A stretch of 56,007 nt of DNA, filler included, from Catajapyx aquilonaris (lineage: Eukaryota): NCBI GenBank assembly GCA_000934665.2. It is 4 parts of 4 records of this genome, joined end to end, with 100 filler letters (N's around TTAATTAATTAA, not from the genome) between each part and the next. Parts side by side here need not be neighbours in the genome. Positions count along the whole stretch, not along the records: positions 13,970 to 28,007 come from KZ539756.1; positions 28,108 to 42,022 come from JYFJ02007960.1; 2 more parts are not named here. The stretch is one strand, 5' to 3'. Under the pieces are notes generated by a model. That model was not told where the DNA came from and searched no databases. It saw nothing but the letters and a program-made list of their open reading frames with translations. Every line of letters starts with the position of its first letter. The stretch's first letter is position 1. Below are positions 25,544 to 37,793 of this stretch, in pieces. The translations under genes and the position numbers were made by a program.

Positions 25544-28007
25544 ACCCCCCCCCCCCCCCCCCTCCAACTCTTCTGGAATTTAATTCGCTCTCTGGGATGT
25601 CATGTAGACACCGGAATTGCTGCCGGGTCAAAACGTTTGGGATAATGTCACACGTTCCGAAACTTTTTGGTGATGTTGTATTGATGCTGGATGACAGATG
25701 AAATCGTTAGAATTTTGCACTGTTTTGTATCTGCGATTTATCTGTCCACCTGAGGCGACTAGTGCTGAATTTTTAATTTAGAAGATAAATCTGCAGGTCA
25801 CTGTTCGTATGTAGCATGTTTAAAAAGTAGTTAATAATACAATAAAACAAATAGATCGGTTAGTTACGAAAAATTATATCATTATAATAATTATACATTA
25901 ATAATAATATGAGACCACTGTACTGTTTATCAGTTACAATACAGTTCAATTTGATGATTCAGGATTAAAACAATGTACTTATCATTATGCTTACATGGTT
26001 AAGTCAGCAATCGTCAAGTCCAAATTGTTATTCTAACCACAACCAATAGGCTAAACGTGATTCATATACCTGCAGTAACCTGCATACGATTTTCCCTGCA
26101 TCTGCATAATGGCATGTCCCAAACTTTCAGCTCGCTAAAAACTGCTGCACACAAGATGGCTGCCAACATCCCCCTCCCCTCCTCCCTCCAACACTGGGGG
26201 GGAGGAAAGAGAGAGAGAAAAAATCCCACCACGAGCTGGCACCACTGCTCTCGCCCTCCCCCGCCATTGATTTTGGAAGCTGTGGCCTCATGGGCTGCCA
26301 AAAAATTTGGCGGACTCCTATATAGACGGCATGGCGTCTAAAAATTCCTCCCATCCACCCACATCCATACCAATCGCTTAGGATTGGTCTGAAAGAGGTG
26401 GGAACATACCCCCTTTTTATGCAGAATGTGTAACAAACTGGAGAGTGTTACAAGCAAAATTGCAATGCAATCCCGCGTATAAAAGTACAGGGTTGGTGCA
26501 AAGTTCCCACGTGATCTGTTTTCACCAATTGAAACCTTTCGCTTTGCCTCGCCTGCTCCAATCAAAATAACAATAGCGACCAATTTCAAGTTTAAAAATA
26601 GGTGAAGCGCTATAATAATGTTGCAATATGAATTATATAGCATTATTTTTTACTGTGTTCAGGCTCAAAATAATTGCTATCAACAATATTATGGGTAAAA
26701 GGAAGTAGTTACATAGTGAATGCATTATGTGATTAACATGCCCAGGATTTTAAGATTTGCTAAAAATATTTGGTAAAATATTTTACTAATATATTATGTA
26801 CATAATTTTGTGCTCATTTTTTCGAATAATTAGATAGCCATGGGCCAGTCCTTAGAGAGAAACTATGTGCTTTTCTGATCTGGAAATGTGCAGCATATTT
26901 GTTCATGCCAGGAATGTTACTAAAACTTCACACTAATAGTTCAACATGTAGGAAATTGGACCGAATTTGTACAAGTAGGTCACTTACCTATACACTACAA
27001 AAGAATATAGCATTACACTGTTATTTTCGCCAAATATATTGCCGTTTAAAGAACATACATATAAATATGCCTCACTCTCATTCAGTTTAAGTTCCTATAC
27101 AATATTACTTTCTCGTTGTGCCGAAATGTACAAACCGCCAAGAACAATTGAAAATATATTATTAAGAATCATAATGCAAATTTCCGAGCAGAGTTGTACA
27201 ACCAATTTCCTGCGAGTAAAAGTATTTTTTAGAAATGAAGTGATTCATTTCAGTTAACATCAGCTCACAGGCAAGGCCACCGTGTTACAAACGCGACTAC
27301 ACTGTGACTCCAATAGCCAATCCAGATGAGATGAAACTTCTCCGTTGACCTTTCAACCCAAAATGTTAATTCGTCTGGTATGTAAACAGCTGTGTGTGAA
27401 AAGGGTTACCTGAACCTGGCTCTACAAAGGATATCCCTATCTGACTTTTTGCATATACCGGTGCCCTAAACCGGGATCAAAAAGGACACGGCTTTACATC
27501 TGAAAACAGTTGCATAAATAGTCCACATTCCTCCAAGACATCTAACACTTCACTTAACGTCGCATCCGTAAAATTAGGCAATAAATTTACATTAGATAAC
27601 AAAATCTGATTATGACTTAATGGGTGAGGAAAAGGTATAGAGCTTTTTTCTAAGGATAGAGGGGACCCTTGGCTGGGAAGGAAGAATAAAGACTCCCCCT
27701 TAAAAAACTATCTATGCCCCTGTTGGATGCTGGAACGTGACTAATGTGGAAATCGTGACCCAAAACTAAGGTCAACAGGAGGGAGCCAGCTGCTCCTTTA
27801 AGATGATTTTTTTAAAGTACCGGTACTGAACTTTGGGAGGCTAGGTTCAGTGTAGTGATTATGATCTCACTTGGATCACTAAGATCGTTCGAATTTTTAT
27901 ATTTCACAATATCACCAGGCAATTTTATTTTCATTTGAAATATAGTGTCTGGTAGGTTTTGTAGAGTTGAGGATTCTGCTGGTCGGCCATATATAACACC
28001 CCCCCCC

Positions 28008-28107
28008 NNNNNNNNNNNNNNNNNNNNNNNNNNNNNNNNNNNNNNNNNNNNTTAATTAATTAANNNNNNNNNNNNNNNNNNNNNNNNNNNNNNNNNNNNN
28101 NNNNNNN
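28008..28107. other. Artificial contig spacer
   Basis: N44-TTAATTAATTAA-N44. Confidence 0.95.
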
Positions 28108-29581
28108 GGGGGGGGGAATCGCAGGTGGCGATAACCCCGGTCAGCTTTATAAAACAATTAGAAATAAGGGAGTAATCGATTTTTGATTACGGCAATACGG
28201 CGTGACGGCACCTCCTCTCCGTTCGAATATATTGAGAGGCGCGGAAAGACGAGTACTGTGCGTACAGCGGCTCTCTAGCCGTGCCGGTTGCACTGAACAA
28301 GGCGCTCTCATGCTCACCCGCCTTCCCACGCAAAGCATGGGGCAGGGCTTGGACCTCGGCAACCCCTCTTCGCGACCTGCGAGGATGTCGAGCACCGATG
28401 TCTCTGTACAAGTGTACAGGCAGGAATGACAGTGCGCATACCGTGTAGACGTCTTCCTCATCGAAAAATCGCGAATAATGTTTCTTGCGGTGGACAGACT
28501 GCTGCGTGAGGCCGGTACCGGCCGGTACATTGTGAGGCAGACGAGAGGTCAGGTACGTACAGTAGTATAGTGTGTTGTACACCTGTACTGTAGTACAGCA
28601 CTGTACTGGCTGGATAATGCCTGTGTACAGTAGTATACGATACTGTAGCAGTACTGTATCAGTACTGTATCGCACAATGCACCTCGGACCGCACGTACCA
28701 TGGCAATTGAGGAAGACGTTCTGGACATGGGAGCCATGGATCCATCGATCAGCACCCGTGAAGTCGGCCGTAGAGTGCACAACATTCATTCCAATGTGTG
28801 AAGGATCATCCATGACAGCATCCGAGCGAATGGGCGCCAGTTCCAGCACTTGCTGTAGTCACGGTATGCGTACTGACAGTGCGCATACCGACTTCACGGG
28901 TGCTGAGCGATGTGTCCATGGCTCCCATGTCCAGAACGTCTTCCTCCATTGCCATACAGGTCCGAGGTGCATTGTGCGATACAGTACTGTTACAGTACCG
29001 TACACTACTGTACACAGGCATTATCCAGGCAGTGCAGTGCTGTACTACAGTACAGGTGTATAACACACTGTACTAATGTACGTACCTGACGTATCTCGCC
29101 TGCCTCGCAATGTACCGGCCTCACGCAGCAGTCTGTCCACCGCAAGAAACATTATTCGCGATTTTTCGATGAGGATGACGTCTACGCGGTATGCGTGCTG
29201 TCATTCCTGCCTGTACAGAGACATGGGTGCTCGACATCCTCCGCCATTTCCCGGTGCACCGTTGCATGGTCAGGTCGCGATGAAGAGGGGTTGCCGAGGT
29301 CCAAGCCCTGCCCCATGCTTTGCGTGGGAAGGCGGGTGAGCATGAGAGCGCCTTGTTCAGTGCAACCGGCACGGCCAGAGAGCCGCTGTACGCACAGTAC
29401 TCGTCTTTCCGCGCCTCTCAATTCGAACGGAAAGGACGTGACGTCACGCCGTATTGCCGTAATAAAAAATCGATTTCTGCCGTATTTCGAATTGTTTTAT
29501 AAAACTGACCGGGGCTATCGCCACCTACGATTTTTCCCCACCCCTTCGCGCGCGCTTGACCCGTGACTCTGATACACCCTG
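28108..29581. mobile_element. Foldback derivative of a Tc1/mariner (Tc3/DUF4817-type) transposon
   Basis: Inverted arms of ~670 bp (28108-28780 vs 28879-29540). Transposase remnants RRLPHRK/MFLAVDRLLREAGT and PRTARTMAIEEDVLDMGAMDPSISTREVGRRVHNIHSNV*RIIHD fused to IRANGRQFQHLL*. The right end reads CAGGGTGTATC on the minus strand. The left end is lost at the spacer. Confidence 0.85.
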
Positions 29582-30195
29582 TGTATCTATTAATTTTTCT
29601 GTCCGTGACGTTTCCTTGCAGCTTCAGAGGAAGCAGACGAGCATTTTTCCTTGGGACCCATGATCTGTTGGAGATGATTATCCGTTTAATAGGTGGCGGA
29701 CAAATGCTGACTAAATGCTGAAGGCAGGCAGACATGGCATGCATGTGAATTGTATGCATGTGAATTGAAGTTAAAACACCTACCTCGTGAACGCCTGAAC
29801 GTCAAAATTTCCACGACGCACAGAGAGCAAGAACGACGCACAGAAATCTGCAAAACACGGGCGGGTATTTTTACGAATTTGAAAGGGCTTGTTTATAACA
29901 CACACATAAGGCTGTCACAGAATACGTTGTGACTGGCAATATTTTATTTCATGATGACAAATCCATAGTCAAAGGATTGTAACCATCAGACAAGTCCAGT
30001 AATTACTAGCGCGCCAAGCATCGGGTACCTCTATCTTTTCTACCTGTGTAGGCCTATACAAGGTGCTTATACAAAGGTGCGGAAACTGAGAGTGCCTTCT
30101 CTTTGGGGAATGCTAGAGGGGTTATAGACGATCATTTTAAGTGCAGGTAATCGTGGGTCTGCGAAGTTAGCCTACTAAGATAATTAGTATAAAAT

Positions 30196-31484
30196 GAGGG
30201 ATGTGGGGGGAAAACATGATAACTGACATTTTTGTCACTGTTGAACTAAACACCTAGCAACTATGTAAAAGACATGACAAACATTTTGGTATATTCAAAG
30301 TTCACATATCATGCACCAGACGGCAGCAACACGGGCTACATGATAACCAACATGCCACCTTTTCAGGCACTTCCTCAAACGGAAAAACATGATAACTGAC
30401 CCTATTTTTATACGCTACGCATTCTTCCATTTAGTACAGGGTGTAACAAAGGTTTCTGGCCCAGTCAATATTATACACGGGAAATTCTCAGTTTTTAAAA
30501 AGTTACCTGTCATCTTTTATGTTGATATTGTACTCCCATAACCCCCAGAATATGCTGACCCCTGTATGATTCATTTTCCCGTCCATATTCTCGCCAACTC
30601 TGCTTTTGTGCTCACGTGAATGAGCGGTGTGCAATGCAAGTGTTGTCTGTCATGAAGATTCCTTGCAAATGCTTTTTTCTCAATGTCTGATGATTGTGGG
30701 CCAGGTATTAACCCTCTGCCAGACGTGTGCGTGATTTACGGACACTCGCTTAAAATTTTTTTGCAAAGAATCTATCAATGCTAAAGGAATGCGGTTTTCG
30801 GCATATTCACAAGAAAAACCAGAAGAATTCACCACAAAAATCACATGCTCGAGTGCTTTGTCGGACTTTGTCGTATGAAGCCATCTTCCTCTGGCTACAA
30901 GGTGGCTATATTGGAAAAGGAGCTTTGTGCAGATAGAGATTGCATGAAGCTTAGCACAATTATGGGAATTTAGCAATTAATTAGATTGGCTTCTAAGCAA
31001 TATTTTTCATATACCGGTAATCGTTCTTTGAACCCGTAAACCTCACAGCTACGTGTTTTTATGATTCTAGAGTAGCCGCACAGAAATAGTCATAGCTGTT
31101 ATGCTACGCACGGCCTAGACTATGGGAGCTGCGCAGTGGATCTGGCGGTAGCGGCCTTTCAATGATGTTCGAATAATATATGAGGCTTAGGGCTAACACG
31201 ATCCGTTGGTGAGATATGGATTTTTAAATCTACGATTGCGTCATCCATGAGTCATTGAGGTGGAAGTAGCCGCGGACACTTTTGTTACACCCTGTATCTC
31301 CATTAATTACAGGAATAAGTGTTCCAGAAGTTTGGACAACAAGACAGAAAGTCAGGCACTATAATAAAACCCAGTGTTACAAGTTGAGGTAACCTGCTGA
31401 TTTGTGACAAGAGTGCAAACTTAAATTCGCTCTCCTGAAAAATGACTCCTTTGTCAGTTATCATGTTTTTCCACCACACTCTTC
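30196..31484. mobile_element. Sola-like non-autonomous DNA transposon
   Basis: TIRs GAGGGATGTGGGGGGAAAACATGATAACTGACA / TGTCAGTTATCATGTTTTTCCACCACACTCTTC and a 4-bp TSD AAAT on both sides. Confidence 0.7.
30437..31294. mobile_element. Tc1/mariner-type MITE nested in the Sola-like element
   Basis: TA|CAGGGTGTAACAAA...TTTGTTACACCCTG|TA. Confidence 0.8.
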
Positions 31485-31656
31485 AAATAATAAGTCAATT
31501 TCAGCTTATCTTCTATGCCTCGGATACAGATTACATCATCACTTACATCGCCTAGGCCATTACCTGCTACACCTAATGGGATCGCAACTTAAAATTAAAT
31601 TGCATGGTAATACCTCATAATACCTGCCGGGATATTTTATACCTTGCATTTGAAAC

Positions 31657-31726
<70 letters not shown>

Positions 31727-31843
31727 TTTTATTTTTCCTCCCAAAGCCCATAGGCCGTATGGGAGGGAAGCACACAAGATACAGGTACATCATTAAGTTG
31801 AATATGACAAAAATTCAGCTTGTGTGTCGCTTCACAGAAAAAT

Positions 31844-34800
31844 TTATATATACAGCTGCAGTATCTGTCGTTCTTGGATATCACTGAATAACAAAAAAAT
31901 ATTATACTGGGGGACTCTGGGAATAAATTCAAGTAACCTTATACTCTCCCATTTAAAAAAAGGGCAAGCATATATGACATGGAACAAATCAAATTTCAAA
32001 TGTGTATTACATAAAGTACAAACATCATTAGGAGCGAAAAAAAACTTATATTGATTGATCCAAAGTACCTGTGAATTGTTTCTTACATTGGCCATAAAGC
32101 GCGTAATCCTCATAGGCATATCAAAAAAAAAATGTCTCTCTCTCTGGAATCCATCCCCTTTCAACTCCGCATAATATGCGTACCTAGAGGAGGCCATCAT
32201 TCTGGCCCTGTCCGCGGTAATTGTCTCATCTATCAGCGTACTAATCATTAAGGAGTGAGACACTCCTACGTCACCACCCAGCTGCAGATATCCACTAATA
32301 CAGGAGCCAGCCCGATTGAACAACCCCTCCACCTCCGATAGCCAGGGTGTGTACTCGTTCTTGTCCAGGGACCTCAAATATTTAAAACATTCAACTGCAA
32401 AATTTCTATTATCGTCGGCACCCATGACCATCCTTATAAAACTTAGTAAGGACTTAAATATCCTAATCGACAGGGGTCTTCTGCCAGTCTCTAGCCTAAG
32501 AAAGTATCCTGCAGTAGAAACAGGTAAGCTAAGTATTCTTTTAAGAAAAAACACCTGCACTCTTTCCATTTGTTCCACATGGCCTAGGGCCCAAACATGT
32601 GCATTATAGAGCGCAGCCGGAGCCACCTGAGCATCAAACAGTTGGAGGGCGGTAGAGATACTCCGGTTCTTACACTTAGTGAGAGTGGTCCATACTGCAT
32701 TGGTAGAGGCAGTCCCCTTGGTACGAAAAAACTGTGCCGTTCTATTAAATCTATTATTACTATAAAAAGGTACCCCTAAGTACTTATACTCATCCGCTAT
32801 CACGATCTCAGCATTTCCCCATTTGAACTTATACTTCACTTTACAGTTGGCATGTTTCCGAAAAACAACAACCTTGGTTTTCTGCAAATTAATACATAGG
32901 CAGTTCCTATCAAGATAGGTTTCCAGAACATTTATCAGCTTCTGCAAGTAAAGAGGATTATCTGCAAGGATCACAAGGTCATCAGCATATGCCAAAAAAT
33001 GTATATCTTCCGTATTGGGGAACAAGTTAACTCCAGGGACCTTTGATTCCAAGAAGGCTAGCTTGAGGTCCGCAGTAAACAAATTAAACAACGTGGGACT
33101 CAGACTCTCCCCTTGCAGAACACCCACAGCTATCGGTATCACCACATCACCATCTGCAGTCTCGACAGCCGCGGAACTGTATATGCTCTGGATTATCCTG
33201 AGAAAAGCCGTGCTTCCCATCCCCATACGTTCCAGTTTACTGAAAAGGAGGTTATGCTGTACCGAATCAAAGGCCTTGGAGAGGTCTACAAAGAGCGAAT
33301 ACAGTTTCCCCCCCGGCTTACGAATATACTTTTGAATAATGACATTTAGACTAAATATTGCATCAGAACACCCCATTCCCCTTCTGAATCCAAACTGTGT
33401 GGGCGGGAAAATCCTCATCTTTTCGGCCCATTTGTTCAGTCTGTTATTCATGATCGTTGTCAAATGTTTCAGCAAAGTATTCATTAGGGAAATCGGACGG
33501 TAATTAGAAGGTACTTCAACATCTCCACCCTTGTATATGGGACTCACATTCACCCTAGTAAGTGAATTAGGTACAAAGCCCTCCTTCAGCACATTGTTCA
33601 GAAAAGTGGCCAGCGTATGACGTAATTGAACCGATTTTAACTTCAATATTTCATTAGGGATCCCATCAGGGCCCGGAGCCTTGCGCAACTTAAGACCATC
33701 AACCGTATGATTAAGTTCGTGCTCCGAGATGGGAACATCAAGCTCCAACACTTGGTTAGTACTGAGAAAAACTTGTTCCATCGGGACCACCACATTATAA
33801 TACACTAACTTCAGATGTTCAGTCCACACTTCCATATCTAACAAATTAGACCTATGCTTATTACGGAAAGAGTTAATCACTTTCCAAAAAGTGGCAGAGT
33901 CCTTCGATCCCAATAGCCGTTGCACAGTATAGTGTTATAATATAGCTTTTTCTTAGCAGCGATTTGCTTTTTATAAATCCTCAAGGCCGATACATACCCC
34001 AACCTATCCTCACACAGATTAGAAGCACGCCATTTGCGTAACCTCCGCATCATACTTTTTTTCCCCTCTCGCAGCTCTTGATCATACCATCTAGCTCGCC
34101 TAACTTTTGTCTGGGGCAACATTCCTCCCAAACCCATCACCATTTTATTTGTTTCCAGAATCCCCATCAACTTCCTGTTCACACCCTCATACATATCCTC
34201 CAAGCCACATACCTCCCATAGTGGATCGTAGAAATCCACTTCAAGGTCACTAATAACTTTTTCCAGGTTCTCCACCGAAATTTTAATTTTTACGCCCTGC
34301 TTTTGCGGATATCTGCAGTAATCACAGTTCAAGTCAGACAGAAAAGTGCCAGTAATGCTGAAATGGTCTGACCCAATTATGTCATTCACCTTTAAGTCCA
34401 CAAACCAGGGGACCAGATCAGCCGAAATAATACAGTAATCGACCACACTGGCGCCCAAGCCGGAACAAAAAGTGAACTTACCCTGTACATCCGAAACAGA
34501 GCGTCCATTAAGCACCACCAGAGAGAGAGTCTCCACCAGATCAATCAACATCCTACCTCTACTACTGGTTTCACAGTCCATAGATGTCCTACCCTCAGTT
34601 AGATTGTATCGAGCATCATATGGGACCACAGACTCATTATAATACTGATCTATCCTAGCATTAAAGTCACCCAACCTGCACCCAACAGTACAATACTGAA
34701 CCCCAGCTCAATCCAGTTCAATAACAGTGCTTCCATTTCACCCAGTATTCCCATTGCAAGAGGGTTGGGGGGAATGTAAACAACACCAAGAATTATTCTC

Positions 34801-35120
34801 TTACACTCTATAAACATAGATGTGGAAACAAAAATAAAATTATTGTGCTTAACCATAACCAAAGGACACATACATTTCTTGACTGCAAGCACCAGCCCAC
34901 CCATTGCTCTCCCCTTGTTATGGTTTTTAATTGCCGCTTGTTGAAACACCACCACATCAAAAGCATTTACCCACTCCCTTTCCTGTACATCCCATGTTTC
35001 AGACATAGCACAGCACACCTGATCCTCATTATTTTGAAAAAATTGATCCAGCACAGAGTTTATGGGTTGTCCAGCAATGTTCCAGAACGAAATACACACC
35101 TGTCTCCTTGACCCATCCTT
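31844..35120 (-). pseudogene. LINE ORF2: apurinic endonuclease plus reverse transcriptase, two frameshifts
   Basis: APE motifs SFWNIAG, MSETW, GVVYIPP, GDFNARI, SVVDY and GSDHF. RT motifs KAPGPDGIPNE, NYRPISL, QFGFR, FVDLSKAFDSV, GVLQGESLSPTLF, YADD and YKYLGV. Frames switch near 34670 and 33900. Confidence 0.93.
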
Positions 35121-35235
35121 TTGACTGGCTTCTAGATTTGAAGGACGTATTGCAACACTATTAATAGGAATGGGCGCACTTTTCACACTTTTTACACTTC
35201 GGGGGGTTTCTTCATATATAGCCGACAAAACCACA

Positions 35236-36830
35236 CTACCTGACGATTGAGGACACCCAGCTTTTTTTCTGCACACTTCCTTTACCACCCCTCCCCACTT
35301 TTTTGTAGAGTTGAACTTGCACAGCTTCCACAACCTCCTCCTCGTCATCTTCCTCGATGGGGTGGACTTCTACGCCCGCCTGTGTACTAACAAGGGAAGT
35401 GTCTGTAGTGCAATCGGCCAATCGGCCCGAAAATGACACTAGGGGTAAATCGCAGGCCAGAAATTCATTGGTGAAAGTAAAATGTCGCATTAGCCAAGCG
35501 TTTTCGAGATATGGGCGACTATAGGTGCCCGGCAAACACGAATAAGTTATTATTTACTGAGCTTGTGACTATTAATTTTTCCGAATATGAAGCCATGGAG
35601 AGAGTAGGTAAGCATCGGCAGAAGAAAAAAAAGTAATGCACTTCCCAGCAAGCTGTTTATTTATTCCTGTTGATTGCAAAAGGGAAGATATGCGGTGATA
35701 AACGGTGTTGGGGAAGAAAGAAAAAGAAAACGATGCTCCGAGACGAGAGAGGGAGGGGGGGAAAAAAGTCGCTTCCCGCGGACTTGAATGCGGAGACTGC
35801 GGATCATGACGCGGACGCGCTACCGACTGAGCCACAAAGACGGTTTATAATTTCTTCTGCCGAATGCGCCCCATTGTCACCGAGCAGGTTTGCCGGGCAC
35901 CTATAGTCGCCCATATCTCGAAAACGCTTGGCTAATGCGACTTTTTACTTTCACCAATGAATTTCTGGCCTGCGATTTACCCCTAGTGTCATTTTCGGGC
36001 CGATTGGCCGATTGCACTACAGACACTTCCCTTGTAAGTTCAAAGTTCGTATCCTTTCCGCTATGGTTGGGGGGCTTCTTCTTGGGGTCCATCTGCTGTC
36101 CAGGGGAAGATCTTGGCCGCTTAGCTTGAGTGCTGCTCGTCGTGGGCACATCTCGGGTAGCTCGCACCACCCTTTCGCCATCCTCCGACAGGACATACCT
36201 GACCCCCTCGACGATGAGTTGATCAAGCTTCATGAAGGCCCTGTTGCCATCTGCACGGGCCCTTTTGAGAAATGGCAGGAGGGCACCTCGGGTTTTACGT
36301 GTTGCATAGGAATAATCTTGGCTGATTGAAATGCTGGTTCCTTTTAAGTTTTTGGCACGATGTAAAATCGTCTCTTTATCTTTATATCGTAGAAAGGACG
36401 CAATCAACGGAGCTCTCGGCCTTGAACGCCCCAGCACGTGAGCCCTATCTATTTCGACCGATTCGGGCTGATCATGGAGATTGTACGCAGCAAAGAGACC
36501 ACGCAAATGCACTTCCACTTGTTCCCAGGTCACGAGGGCGTCATCAGACTTGGCACCATAGAATACCAGGCTATTCCGTCGTGACCTATTTTCCATTGCG
36601 TCCATTTTTGCGGATAACTTGCCTTGCTCAATCTGCATATCCCTAATACGGGTGTTTGCTGTGTCCAATTGGAACTCAAGGTCGCGTTGCCCAACCTTAA
36701 TTTCTTCCAAGGCTGCTGTCCACTTAGAGTCCAAGACTGAGATTGCTTGGTCCAACTTGATCACAAACTGGTTAGTGATGTCCTTCTTCTGCTCATCAAG
36801 CAGCGCCTTAATGTCCTTTATAGTAGCCAT
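35236..36830 (-). pseudogene. LINE ORF1 (coiled coil plus L1-type RRM/CTD), interrupted near its C-terminus by a MITE
   Basis: MATIKDIKALLDEQKK coiled coil, MENRSRRNSLVFYG, EIDRAHVLGR, FLRYKDKETIL and ISISQDYS. An acidic/basic tail resumes below 35385. Confidence 0.85.
35386..36039. mobile_element. Long-TIR MITE inserted in LINE ORF1, containing a tRNA-like segment
   Basis: About 150-bp near-identical inverted repeats (35386-35537 vs 35888-36039). Minus-strand TGGCTCAGTCGGTAGCGCG...CATTCAAGTCC at ~35770-35840. Confidence 0.85.
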
Positions 36831-37793
36831 CCCTCTACAGCTGTTGTAATTCAGTACTGGAAACTGGTAAATGCTCTCCCATTCGACAGCTAAAACGGGG
36901 CGAGCCCGATCAGCCGAGGAGCTCAGCACTCGCACAACCTTCCCCTTCCGCAATCTATTGTGCACTCGCATTTGAAACTAATTATTATCTCAGCAACTAA
37001 AAGCTGTGAAAATAGATGTACTGTGACGCGGCCCCAGTGTACGACATGCAGCAGTCATGTTACACTCACTACAGCACACACTGCAAGACATTACTGATGC
37101 GTAATAAGAAGTAAATACGTAAGTGCTGGGGAGGCTTTTGGGCCCACACTGAGTGCGCCGGGGCAGAGAAGGAAGAGTATGTACGATCGTATGTGACTTC
37201 TGCAAATAGAGTATGTTATGGATTACCGAAAAAAGAAGCTTTTTATAAGTTTCATGAATTGTGGAAATAAAGTACACTTTCTGGAAAGTTAATCAACATT
37301 TTTTGATTTCTTTCAACTATTCCTTCACTGGAATGTATAGTGGGGTCCATAATACCAGCACTTTTCGATTCATGCCACTATCGCGCATTTTTTGATAATC
37401 CTTATATACGGCTTTTCTTTAGATTGGTAACTGACATATTATTAGGAATTGATAGCCAATAGAAGATATGAAAAAATTCAGCATATAGTTCAGAATGAAT
37501 CGCTCAAAAACAAAGTGGGGGTTCATATTTACACCCCTTCCTCTCTATACATTGAAGAGGGGCGGCAATAAGAGAAGGGGGAGATGTGGTGGTTGTGGTG
37601 AGAAAAGGGGGGGAGAGAATTCGAATTTTTTGCATACGTTGCTGCGCGCGCATCTGCTGATGTTTACATCATATAGTCATATACCGTTTGCTAGTCAGGA
37701 CATCAGTCAGGACATGGTCAGGATATCAGTCAGTACCCAGACGGTATTTTGCGATCGCAAAATACCGTCTCCGAGACGGTACATGAATTATAG

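Larger units (their letters stand above)
31661..36967 (-). mobile_element. Full-length non-LTR retrotransposon (RTE-X/L2-group like)
   Basis: ORF1 plus APE-RT ORF2, AATAAA-(TTA)n tail, and a perfect 15-bp TSD GCATTTGAAACTAAT at 31646-31660 and 36968-36982. The clade assignment is inferred from motifs. Confidence 0.93.

Noticed and set aside
25169..25645. ORFs spanning the N gap
   Set aside because: These are artefacts of translating unknown bases.
28147..29566. Mirror-image ORFs of 80-220 aa
   Set aside because: They arise from the foldback arms. Only the fragmented transposase frame is meaningful.
35236..36129. Duplicated small ORFs MPGTYSRPYLENAWLMR on opposite strands
   Set aside because: They are translations of the two TIRs of the MITE, not genes.
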